DNA from: Malacoraja senta
Taxonomy: Eukaryota
Direction of reading: 5' to 3'
Assembly (NCBI GenBank): GCA_038087875.1
Contig: JAXLNO010000079.1
Coordinates: 372,001 to 436,000, forward strand
Length of the DNA stretch: 64,000 bases
The notes below the pieces were generated by a model, which was not told the DNA's origin, made no database searches, and saw only the letters and a list, made by a program, of their open reading frames with translations. The position numbers were made by a program, and so were the translations under genes. Shown in pieces: positions 36,586 through 48,229 of this stretch (position 1 is the stretch's first letter; each line of letters begins with the position of its first letter).

Positions 36586-37879
36586 TAAAAGGAGAGAGAG
36601 GGGGAAACACAGGAAGTAAGAGGTACCTGAAACTGGAGGATTCAGTGTCCAATCTATGGGCATTGACTGCTGAAGTAGAATATGAGGAATCATTTTTGAA
36701 GCATTTTGCCTAACGTACAGGTTTCTTCATGCCGCAGGAAGGACGTGCCGATTGTCCCAATGCTCACATGCTCCTTGGAGAGAAAATTCATCTTCTAATC
36801 TTTTTCATGTTGTGGATGGATAGGGAATGTTTAGAGAGATACAGGCCAAATGTGGGCAGGTGGGACGAGTATAGATGGGGCATCTCAGTCAGCACGGGCG
36901 AGTTGGGCCAACGGGCCTGTTTTCGTGCTGTACGATTCTATGACTCTAGTTACGCTGCTTGTAGATATGACTGATTCTTAAAGGGATTCATAATTACATG
37001 CACTCTTAACGAGAACATTCTCATTTATCTCCTATTCTCACCTCCCTTTGACGGTGTGCTGCCATTAACAGGCCTTCACCCTCCCTCAGTCAGCCCCAGG
37101 GCCAAGGGTCAATCAGCTTTGTGCTCTCCACCCTTATACAGACAGTCCGTCCCCCTAGTTTGCTCCCATCTCTGCAACTTGAAACATGATTGGTCTCCAA
37201 CATTTCCTGACGAAAGGTCATTGACATAAAAGCTGAACATAGTTTATGTACTTATGTTGCCCAACCCTCTGAGTATTTTCAGCATTCCCTGTTTTATTTC
37301 CAATTTTGATTTAATTCTCGTGATCTGCAGGAAAGGGAGGCTTCCATCAACCAGCGGTTGTATTGTTAAATGTCAACCCACAGGAAATAATACTCTAGCA
37401 TGCTTGAGTAACAGACAACTTGGAATTAATTGGAATGTTAGAAATAACAGCAAAGAAACAGGCCATTTATTGCAACTGCCAGTCTCCATTAGTGGTCCTC
37501 CATCACTGTTTTATTTATAGGATGTCGGCTTCACCGAGCAAGCTGATATTTGTCACCAATCCTTACCTTCCCTTGGGAAGCTTTCCTCAATGTCTGCTGT
37601 CCTTCTGGTGAAAGTGTCTCCACATAATGAAATGTGCTGTGTTCCCACATCACTTCATCCCTCTTTTGTTCAATGCCCATCTAATCCATTCTTCAATTTT
37701 GTCCTGGCAAGCTGCAGAGGTGAAAGGCAGAAAAGGGGAGTGAAGAGTTTTGAAAGAGGCATGGAGCTGCAGAGATTTCCAAAGATGGGGCTTGAAAATA
37801 AGAATGAGAACTTCCTATTTGAAGCACTGATGGTCTGGAGAGGGAGCAGACCAGAGGCACAGGGCTAATGGATTAATCG

Positions 37880-38840
37880 GGGCATTCAATACAGGGGATT
37901 TAGCATGAATGGTAGAAACTGTACGAGGTTGGTGTACAAGGTTAGAGAACTTAGCATTGGAAGTTGTAGAGTAACATGCATTGAGAGATCGATAACAGGT
38001 GAAAAAATAAGGAGTAGGGATAACTTATCTTTTGCAGGGTGAGAGGTGTGACAGTGGAATTCTGCAAGGATCAATGCTCAGACATCAGCTGCTCATGGTC
38101 TCTATCAGTGATTTGTCTAATGGAACCAAATATACAAAGTGGAACTGTGAGAGGTGATGAGGATGCAGAGGTAATTTTTAAAAGGAGAGACCTGAGTAGT
38201 GTCACCAGTCAAAGGGACCAGGTATCTGTGTGTACACATCACTGAAAAATATCAAGCAGGTAGAATGGCAGTCAGAGAGGAAGGCAATACATTAGCCTTT
38301 GTTGCCACAGGATGTGAGTTCAGGGGTAATCTTGTGCACAATTACACCATGCTCTGGTGAGAGCACAGATAAACTATCATGGGTGGCCTACATGAGGATT
38401 GGAGAAAGTGTAGCGATTCAACTCTTGGTTTATTCAGTATCTAATGATCTATTAGTCTCTGACAAGAAGAGTGAGTGGTGACCTTGTTGAAACATACAAG
38501 ATTCTTAGGGTTTAACAAAATAGATATAACAAAGGCTGAGAAATGTGGAGCTAAGGTCACAAACTCAAAATAATGGGTCGGCCATTGACGAATGAGGTGA
38601 GGAGAAATGTCTTTACTCAAACAGTAACACATCTTTAGAATTTTCTACCTCTAAGGGTTGTGGAAAATCAGTCATTGATTGCATTCATATCTAAGATTTA
38701 TAGACGGTGAAGAAAAAAATGATTTGGCTTGGGCAGGAAAAAGGTGTTTGAGACCAAAGACCAGCCATGATCATGTAGATCAAAGGATCAGGTCTTAGCC
38801 CTGGCTCCTACACCTACTTCTGAACTTTTTTATGTTCCTT
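37880..38840 (+). mobile_element. Highly decayed CR1 fragment
   Basis: Residual similarity only (ttgaaacatacaagattcttagggtttaac, aaggtcacaaactcaaaataa, ccagccatgatc, ctggctcctac). Confidence 0.5.
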
Positions 38841-38984
38841 ACAGAAGACCATCCCGGAAAGCATTGGAATAATTGGGTTTGGAGGTAAGATTGGCATGGA
38901 TGCATCGCATTGAGAATCGGCCCTCCTTCCCTTCCCGTTGAGTATTTTCTAGGATAAATGTGGAAAATCATTATTTTATTTTGA

Positions 38985-41650
38985 AGATAGACTCAAAATG
39001 CTGGAGTAATTCAGCGGGTCAGGCAGCTTCTCTGGAGAAAAGGAATAAGTGATGTTCGGGTTGAGACCATTCATCAGGCTGAGAATCAGGGGAAAGGGAA
39101 ATGAGAGATACACAGTGCCCTCCATAATGTTTAGGACAAAGATCCAACATTTATTTATTTGCCTCTATACTCCACAATTTGACATTTGTAATAGAAAAAA
39201 GTCACATGTCAGATTTTAATAAAGTCCATTTTTCTACATTTTGGTTTCACCATGCAGAAATTACAGCAGTGTTTATACATAGTCCCCCCATTTCAGGGCA
39301 CCATAATGTTTGGGACACAGCAATGTCATGTAAATGAAAGTAGTCATGTTTAGTATTTTGTTGTATATCCTTTGCATGCAATGACTGTTTGAAATCTGCA
39401 ATTCATGGACATTACCAGTTGCTGGGTGTCTTCTCTGGTGATGCTCTGCCAGGCCTGTATTGCAGTCATCTTTAGCTTATGCTTGTTTTGGGGGCTAGTT
39501 CCCTTCAGTTTTCTCTTCAGCATACATAAGGCATGCTCAATTGAGTTCAGATTTTTAGCTTTGAAAAAAATTGGTCATTTCTTGAGTGGCCAAATCAATC
39601 ACCCGGTCTGAACCCAATTGAGCATGCCTTTTATATATCCTTGGGATCATTGTTTTGCTGTAGAATGAACTGCCAGCCAATGAGTTTTGAGGCATTTGTT
39701 TCAACTTGAGCAGATAGGATGTGTCTATACAATTCAGAATTCATTATGTTACTACCATCAGCAGTTGTATCATCAATGAAGATAAGTGAGCCAGTACCTT
39801 CAGCAGCCATACATGCTCATGCCATAACACCCCCACCACCGTGTTTCACAGATGAAGTGGTATGCTTTGGATCTTGGGCAGTTCCTTCTCTCCTCCATAC
39901 TTTGCTCTTGCCATTACTCTGATGTAAGATAATCTCCGTCTCATCTGTCCACAAGACCTTTTTTCCAGACTGTGGATGCTCTTTTAAGTACTTCTTGGGA
40001 AACTGTAACCTGGCCATCCTATTTTTGCAGCTAACCAGTGGTTTGCATCTTGCAGTGTAGCCTCTGTATTTCTGTTCTGTTCTATTCTGCAAACAGTGGT
40101 CATTGACAAATCCACACCTGACTCCTGAAGAGTGTTTCTGATCTGTCTTTATTATAGAATGAGTTCTTCTGTCATCAGCTGTGGAGGTCTTCCTTGGCCT
40201 GCCAGTCCCTTTGTGATTAGTAAGCTCACCAGTGCTCTCTTTCTTCTTAATGATGTTCCAAACAGTTGATTTTGGTAAGCCTAAGGTTTGGTTAATGTCT
40301 CTAACAGTTTTATTCTTGTTTCTCAGTCTCATAATGGCTTCTTTGACTTTCATTGGCACATCTTTGGTCCTCATGTTTCCAAAGGTGATGGAAAGACTGG
40401 AGGAAAGACTAGGTGCTGTGAGCTCTCTTATACCTGCATTAAGGAGGCAATTAAACACACTTGAGCAATTACAAACGCATGTGAAGCCATGTGTCCCAAA
40501 CATTATGGTGCCTTGAAATGGGTGGACTATGTATAAATACAGCTGTAATTTCTACATGGTGAAACCAAAATGTATAAATATACCCTTCAATACAATCTGA
40601 CTATGTTCACTTTAACCACATGTGATTTTTTTCTATTACTAATCTCAAATTGTGGAGTACAGAGGCAAATAAATAAATGATGGGTCTTTGTCCCAAATAT
40701 TATGGAGGGTACTGTAGATGGTGATGTAGAGAGATACAAAACAAATGTGAAAGGTATGCAGAAAAGTAACGATGATAAAGGAAACAGGCTAAGCTGTTGT
40801 ACTCGGTGTGAACGAGTACAGATAATGAGACTCAGCAAGATGATTTTGAAGCTGGTACGACTTGGGTGGGGGAGAGATGGACAGAGAGGGGATGCAAGGG
40901 TTAATTGAAGTTACAGATATCAATATTAATACCACTGGGCTGTAAGCTGCCCAAGCAAAATATGAGATGCTATAATTTCTCCAATTTGCATTTGGCCTCA
41001 CTCTGACAATGGAGGAGGCCTGGGACAGAAAGGTCAGTGTGGGAATGGGAAGGTGAATTAAGGTTTTATAGCAATCGGGAGATCAGGTAGGTCCAGGCGG
41101 ACTGAGCGAAGGTCTGCAGCGAAACGATCACCCATCCTACGTCTGATCTCGCCGATTTACATGAGTCCACACCTTGAACAACAGATACAATAGATGAGGT
41201 TGGAGGAGGTGTAAGTGAACCTCTGCCTAACCTGAAAGGGCTGTTAGGGTCCCTGCACAGTCGAGGGGGGAGGTATAGGGACAGGTGTTGCATCTCCTGC
41301 GGTTGCAGGGGAAGGTACTTGGGGAGGGGGTGATTTGGTGGGAAGGGATGTTAACCAGGCAGTTGTGGAGTGAACATTCTCTGTGGAAGGAGGAAAGGGG
41401 TGGAGATGGGTAGATGTGACTAGTGGTGTGATCCCGTTGGAGGTGGCAAAAATGTCAGAGGATTAGGTGTTGTATGCGACAGCTGATGGGGTGAAAGGTA
41501 AGGACTAGGGGGACTGTCCCTGTTGTGACTTGGGGGTGGGCGAGCAAGCGCTGAGCAGCGGGGTACCGAGGAGACAAATGTGAGGACCTCATCTATGCCT
41601 GAAGAGGGGAACCCCCCCATTCCCTAAAGCATGAGGACATCTCGGATGTG
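38985..41650 (-). mobile_element. Penelope-like retroelement 3' part (GIY-YIG endonuclease remnant + terminus), interrupted by Tc1
   Basis: Minus-strand translation of ~41070-41320: TFPCNRRRCNTCPYTS...QVRQRFTYTSSNLIYCICCSRCGLM*IGEIRRRMGDRFA (Cys cluster plus GIY-YIG). Terminus at 38985-39080 with a degenerate hammerhead-like motif. Confidence 0.85.
39113..40714 (-). mobile_element. Full-length Tc1/mariner (IR/DR type) element with decayed transposase
   Basis: ~210-bp TIRs cagtgccctccataatgttt... / ...atattatggagggtactg, each with two ccataatgttt(a/g)ggaca repeats. TA target (right TA, left CA). ATG at 40374: MRTKDVPMKVKEAI...GRPRKT...VLWTDET...VKHGGGGVM. Confidence 0.95.
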
Positions 41651-41722
41651 TTGTGTACTTTTCAGTTTCCCTCCAGTTTATGATCTCACTGTCTGAAACT
41701 GACAATGGATCAAAAATGATCT

Positions 41723-44700
41723 AGAAACATAGAAACATAGAAAATAGGTGCAGGAGTAGGCCATTCGGCCCTTCGAGCCTGCAATATGATCATGGCTGAT
41801 CATCCAACTCAGTATCCTGTATCTGCCTTCTCTCCATACCCCCTGATACCTTTAGCCACAAGGGCCACATCTAACTCCCTCTTAAATATAGCCAATGAAC
41901 TGGCCTCAGCTACCTTCTGTGGCAGAGAATTCCAGAGATTCACCACTCTCTGTGTGAAAAATGTTTTTCTCATTTCGATCCTAAAATACTTCCCCCTTAT
42001 CCTTAAACTATGACCCCCTTGTTCTGGACTTCCCCAACATTGGGAACAATCTTCCTGCATCTAGCCTGTCCAACCCCTTAAGAATTTTGTAAGTTTCTAT
42101 AAGATCCCCCCTTAATCTTCTAAATTCTAGCGAGTACAAGCCAAGTCTATCCAGTCTTTCTTCATAGGAAAGTCCTGACATCCCAGGAATCAGTCTGGTG
42201 AACCTTCTCTGTACTCCCTCTATGGCAAGAATGTCTTTCCTCAGATTAGGAGACCAAAACTGTACGCAATACTCCAGGTGTGGTCTCACCAAGACCCTGT
42301 ACAACTGCAGTAGAACCTCCCTGCTCCTATACTCAAATCCTTTTGCTATGAATGCTAACATACCATTCGCTTTCTTCACTGCCTGCTGCACCTGCATACC
42401 TACTTTCAATGACTGGTGTACCATGACACCCAGGTCTCGTTGCATCTTCCCTTTTCCTAATCGGCCACCATTCAGATAATAGTCTACTTTCCTGTTTTTG
42501 CCACCAACGTGGATAACCTCACATTTATCCACATTATACTGCATCTGCCATGCATTTGCCCACTCACACAGCCTATCCAAGTCATCTTGCAGCCTCCTAG
42601 CATCCTCCTCACAGCTAACACTGCCCCCCAGCTTCGTGTCATCCGCAAACTTGGAGATGTTGCATTCAATTCCCTCGTCCAAATCATTAATATATATTGT
42701 AAATAGCTGGGGTCCCAGCACCGAGCCTTGCGGTACCCCACTAGTCACTGCCTGCCATTCTGAAAATGACCCGTTTACTCCTACTCTTTGCTTCCTGTCT
42801 GCCAGCCAGTTCTCTATCCACATCAATACTGAACCCCCAATACCGTGGGCTTTAAGTTTGTATACTAATCTCTTATGTGGGACCTTGTCGAAAGCCTTCT
42901 GAAAGTCCAGATATAACACATCCACTGGTTCTACCTTATCCACTCTACTAGTTACATCCTCGAAAAATTCTATAAGATTCGTCAGACATGATTTACCTTT
43001 CATAAATCCATGCTGACTTTGTCCAATGATTTCACCACTTTCCAAATGTGCTGCTATCCCATCTTTAATAACTGATTCCCCACTACCGACGTTAGACTAA
43101 CTGGTCTGTAATTCCCTGTTTTCTCTCCCCCTCCTTTTTTAAAAAGTGGGGTTACATTAGCTACCCTCCAATCTTCAGGAACTACTCCAGATTCTAAAGA
43201 GGTTTGAAAAATTATCACTAATGCATCCACTATTTCTGGGGCTACTTCCTTAAGTACTCTGGGATGCAGCCTATCTGGCTCAGGGGATTTATCGGCCTTT
43301 AATCCATTCAATTTACCTAACACCACTTCCCGGCTAACCTGGATTTCACTCAGTTCCCCCCATCTCATTTGACCCCTGTTCCCCTGCTATTTCCGGCAGA
43401 TTATTTATGTCTTCCTCAGTGAAGACAGAACCAAAGTAGTTATTCAATTGGTCTGCAATGTCCTTGTTCCCCATGATCAATTCAACAGTTTCTGACTGCA
43501 AGGGACCTACATTTGTTTTAACTAATCTTTTTCTCTTCACATATCTATAAAAACTTTTGAAGTCAGTTTTTATGTTCCCTGCCAGTTTTCTTTCATAATC
43601 TATTTTCCCTTTCCTAATTAAGCCATTTGTCCTCCTCTGCTGGACTCTGAATTTCTCCCAGTCCTCTGGTAGGCTGCATTTTCTGGCTAATTTGTATGCT
43701 TCATCTTTTGTTTTGAGACTATCCCTGATTTCCCTTGTTATCCATGGATGCACTTCCCTGATTTATTCTTTTGCCCAACTGGGATGAACAATTGTTGTAG
43801 TTCATCCATGCAGCCTTTAAATGCCTTCCATTGCATATCCACCGTCAACCCTTTAAGAATCAATTGCCAGTCTATCTTGGCCAATTCACGTCTCATATCC
43901 TTAAAGTTACCTTTCTTTAAGTTCAGAACCCTTGTTTCTGAATTAATTATGTCACTCTCCATCCTAATGAAGAACTCAACCATATTATGGTCACTCTTGC
44001 CCAAGGGGCCACGCACAACAAGACTGCTAACTAACCCTTCCTCATTACTCAATACCCAGTCTAGAATGTCCTGCTCTCTCGTTGGTTCCTCTACATGTTG
44101 GTTTAGAAAACCATCCCGCATACATTCCAAGAAATCCTCTTCCTCAGCACAGCTGCCAATTTGATTCACCCAATCTATATGTAGATTGAAGTCACCCATT
44201 ATAACTGTTTTACCTTTGTTGCACGCATTTCTAATTTCCTGTTTGATGCCATCCCCAACTCCACTACTACTGTTAGGTGGCCTGTACACAACTCCCACTA
44301 GCGTTTTCTGCCCCTTAGTGTTTCGCAGCTCTACCCATATCGATTCCACATCCTCCAAGCTAATGTCCTTCCTTTCTATTGCATTAATCTCCTCTCTAAC
44401 CAGCAAAGCTACCCCACCTCCTTTTCCTTTCTGTCTATCCCTCCTGAATATTGAATATCCCTGGATGTTCAGCTCCCAGCCTTGGTTACCCTGTAGCCAT
44501 GTCTCCGTGATCCCAACTATATCATAGTCATTAATAGCTATCTGCACGTTCAACTCATCCACCTTATTACGAATGCTCCTTGCATTTAGACACAAAGCCT
44601 TCAGGCTTGTTTTTACAACACTCTTACCCCTTATACTATTATGTTGAAAAGTGGCCCTTTTTGATTTTTCCCCTGGATTTGTCTGCCTGCCACATTTACT

Positions 44701-44815
44701 TTTCACCTTGCTACCTATTGCTTCTACCCTAATTTTACACCCCTCTGTCTCTCTGCTCACACATTTAAGGAACCCTTTCCCTTTAACTCCATCCTCGACT
44801 ATCCCATTTAACACC
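41723..44815 (-). mobile_element. Young CR1 LINE, essentially complete ORF2 broken by a few frameshifts
   Basis: ORFs 43738-44814 (APE: LNARSIRNK, ITETWL, YRPPNS, GDFN, SDH), 43346-43753, 43054-43368 and 42008-43045 (RT); tail (catagaaa)n at ~41723. Confidence 0.96.
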
Positions 44816-44981
44816 CATCTAGCGTTTGTTGTATCACATAATTGGATTAACTGGGTTAAAGTTTTAATATAATGAAAGGTGCAATGGGTGACAATCTGCC
44901 AATGTCAGCTGCAATTTCAGAAATAAATAACATAGATGCATTATACTTTTTATCAGCTTCTGCCTGATCTGCAGTTGAAGG

Positions 44982-45423
44982 CATGGGTGGAAATCCTGGG
45001 GGGACGGGGGGGGAGGGGGGGGGACCTGTCCCCCCAATGTTTTGAGAGGTGGGGGACAATCCCCCCCATGTTTTGTGAAACATGTTGCAGAGAGAGGGAG
45101 AGAGAGAGAGAAAACAACACACATAAACTTTTTACAAACTAACAAGAAACTTTTGATAAACTAACAAAAATAAACATACTTCATATAACATCCCTTAATG
45201 TTATATGAATTTAAAAAAATTAAGTATGTTTATTTTTGTTAATTTATCAAAAGTTTCTTGTTAGTTTGTGCACTCCATGATGGTAAGTCCACAGGCTCTG
45301 CGAGCGGAGCCCTCAAGGGGGAGCAGTGGGAGGAGATAAAACTGTTAGTTGTCATGCACACTTGTCATCGGGCCGCCAGGAAATTGTGTCCCTCCCATGT
45401 TTTAAAAGCGATTTCCGCCCATG
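44982..45423. mobile_element. Non-autonomous hAT element/MITE (442 bp)
   Basis: TIR catgggtggaaatc / gatttccgcccatg; 8-bp flanks gttgaagg and gctgaagg (7/8); subterminal gggggac/gtccccc motifs. Confidence 0.85.
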
Positions 45424-46196
45424 GCTGAAGGTAAAAGGTTCGTTCACCATTTGCCTGTGGGTGAATGTGAGTTCCAAACCTCCAGCCAGGCTTCCTCACT
45501 AGTGGAGGCACCAGCTGAAGTGGAGAGTGCAATCTATTGTAACGCAATGTCGTTGCAGGTCTCTTGCCTGAATGTCATTTCCTGAGATTTCTTGGCTAAT
45601 CAAGAGTCATTTTAGAATGTCCAGTTTTACTTCACTTCAGACATTTACAAGCATCGGTCAAAAGAACTGTTCATCTACTGTTTTAAAAAACAGTCTGCCT
45701 TCAAACTCAGGTATCAAAATTGACATTGACAATTTATTGTGCTGTTACTGAAAATAATATAAATCCGTCATTTTCCTGCCTCCCATTTCAGATGTTGGCA
45801 TTTGATAGATTCAAGTAACCAATTTGTGTGTAAAACAATAAAGCTACAATAAATAAATGTTGGCTTCTTTGCAGTGTTTTGACAAAAAAAAAGGAAATAG
45901 TTTGACTTCTCCAACACCACAATCTGTTTAACACCACGGCCATTTCAGTCAATTCGTGTCTGCTTTCCTATTAGCGATTTCCAGATGTGGCAGCATACCA
46001 ATGTCTTTTTATTGATTTGTCAGAGAACCTTTCGAGAAGGAAAATCAATTTAAATCTCAATAATTCCCCTTTGGCATCAGTCATTCCATCTTCATTTTTG
46101 GAAGCAGCATGAAACTCATAAAATTAGCTAAATATTATGATTTGATAAAAACAAACTCAACTCATTTCTTGTCAACTTATATTTTACATTGCACAG

Positions 46197-46307
46197 ATTT
46201 TAATTGCATATAAAGACCTGATGGAGAAATTAATAAGTCTTCTTGGAGGAGAGAATGCCAAAAAGAAGACAGAAGAGGTATTACAGTTTGAGATACAGTT
46301 AGCAAAT
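46197..46307 (+). CDS. ECEL1: ECEL1 coding exon 3 (111 nt, phase 0-0)
   Basis: ttgcacag|ATT...AAT|gtaagt; ILIAYKDLMEKLISLLGGENAKKKTEEVLQFEIQLAN (cf. ILAAYRVFMERVLSLLG...EQQLAN). Confidence 0.93.
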
Positions 46308-46404
46308 GTAAGTAAATCACCAAACTGACTGCCAATGTCTGTCAGCCTTTGACATGGATCTGCTTAAGATTTATTCTGCCTGTTTTACTTCTAATCACAA
46401 TCAT

Positions 46405-47170
46405 TAGAAATTATTATCTGAATGGTGTCAAGTTGAGAAAAGGGGAAGTACAACAAGATCTGGGGGTCCTTGTTCATCAGTCACTGAGAGTAAGCATGCT
46501 TGTACAGCAGGCAGTGAAGAAAGCGAATGGCATGTTGGCCTTCATAACAAGAGGAGTTGAGTATCGGAGCAAATAGGTCCTTCTGCAGTTGTACAGGGCC
46601 CGAGTGAGACCACACCTGGAGTATTGCGTGCAGTTTTGGTCTCCAAATTTGAAGATGGACATTCTTGCTATTGAAGGGAGAGCAGTGTAGGTTCGCGAGG
46701 TTAATTCTGGGATGGCGGGACTGTCATATGTTGATAGAATGGAGCGACTGGGCTTGTATACTCTGGGATTTAGGATGAGAGGGGATCTTATTGAAACATA
46801 TAAGACTATTATGGGATTGGACACGCTAGAGGCAGGAAACATGTTCTCAATGTTGGGGGAGTCCAGAACCAGGGGCCACAGTTTAAGAATAAAGGGTAGG
46901 CCATTTCAAACTGAGATGAGGAAAAAAAAATTCACCCAGAGAGTTGTGAAACTGTGGAATTTTATGCCTCAGAAGGCAGTGGAGACCAATTCTCTGGATG
47001 CTTTCAAGAGAGTTAGATAGAGCTCTTAAAGATAGCGGAGTCAAGGTATATGGGGAGTAGGCAGGAACGGGGTACTGATTGTGGATGATCAGCCATGATC
47101 AGTGAATGGCAGTGCTGGCTGGAAGGGCCAAATGGCCTACTCCTGCACCTATTGTTTATTGTCTATTGTC
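46405..47170 (+). mobile_element. CR1 3' fragment ~100 bp downstream of exon 3
   Basis: NYYLNGVKLRKGEVQQDLGVLVHQSL...; tail cctattgtttattgtctattgtc. Confidence 0.9.
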
Positions 47171-47453
47171 ATCCACTGGATTACCATAATAATAGGTTAT
47201 ACATAATCCACACTGTCTAAATACAAGAATCCAAGAGATACCACTAAATAGTGTTAGAATCTCTCGATCAATATTCAATTCTCAGTCTTGACATTACGGC
47301 AGTTTGATTGACCACCAGTTGCTACTTTGGATCAAATTGAGAATATAATTAATACAGATAACGATAGCAATGTTTTCAAAGATCAGTGAAATATGGCTGA
47401 AGTTTGCTGAGATCTGTGAAGGAGGAATGTGCATGAGATGAGGTGTTTATCAG

Positions 47454-47620
47454 TCTTCTTCTTACGTATGGCGTGCACAGCCTAAAGTTGTAGATCAAGG
47501 GTAGACATCCAGGCCAGGACAGCATCAGTTACTGGGTGAATGGCTTTGATGCCACCAGGGAAAAGTCACTCACGATGTGTGGGATGGTCTGGTCTGGATG
47601 TCCGCAGTTGCAAGCAGGGC
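47454..47620 (-). mobile_element. Vingi/ingi-like LINE 3' end
   Basis: Minus strand: PACNCGHPDQTIPHIVSD / FPGGIKAIHPVTDAVLAWMSTLDLQL*, then gccatacgt(aag)n tail. Confidence 0.6.
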
Positions 47621-47825
47621 ACAAGGTACAGCAAAGCAAGTATTGAAGCTACAATGCCAGTATTTCCAAAGGTTGTATGCCAGTTTGTGATTGCGTGGTG
47701 GAAACAGATTATACTTGAAAAATGCAAATCTGTGGGGTCATGTGGGAAGAAGAGGGGAAGGGACTGATTGGAAAACTCTTTTAAAGTCAGCAAAGACGAT
47801 TGATCAAATAGTTCTTGTAGGTGTG

Positions 47826-47960
47826 TAAGAAGAAACTGCAGATGCTGGTTTAAACCGAAGATACTGTAGACACAAAAAGCTGGAGTAACTCAGCAGGACA
47901 GGCAGCATCTCTGGAGAGAAGGAATGGGTGACGTTTCGGGTTGAGACCCTTCTTCAGACC
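47826..47960 (-). mobile_element. 135-bp Penelope-terminus insertion with 10-bp target duplication and intact minimal hammerhead core
   Basis: Flanked by tgtaggtgtg at 47816-47825 and 47961-47970; minus strand begins GGT-CTGAAGA-A-GGGT-CTCA-ACCC-GAAAC-GTC-ACC. Confidence 0.8.
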
Positions 47961-48229
47961 TGTAGGTGTGATGTGTTTCAATGATCCTTATTTGCTCTGG
48001 AGAGGTTTGTGTATTCAGGGCGATTTAGACAAAGACCGATTCAGCAAGAATCTTGCCTAAAAAACACAGGAAAAAAACCAACTGCAGGAATAGGTGCGGA
48101 TGACAGCAGAAAATGCTTTGTGCCAGTGGTTGATATGACAGAAAGTTGCCAGCGGGTTTTACATTCAAGGTCCCTGGAGAAAGAAAGCAGAGTTCTTCCA
48201 TGTAGCAACATGGAACTGTAGATGATGGT

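Noticed and set aside
41723..44815. Intact RT/endonuclease as a retron-like or domesticated system
   Set aside because: Standard CR1 ORF2 with frameshifts and many near-identical dispersed copies in the window.
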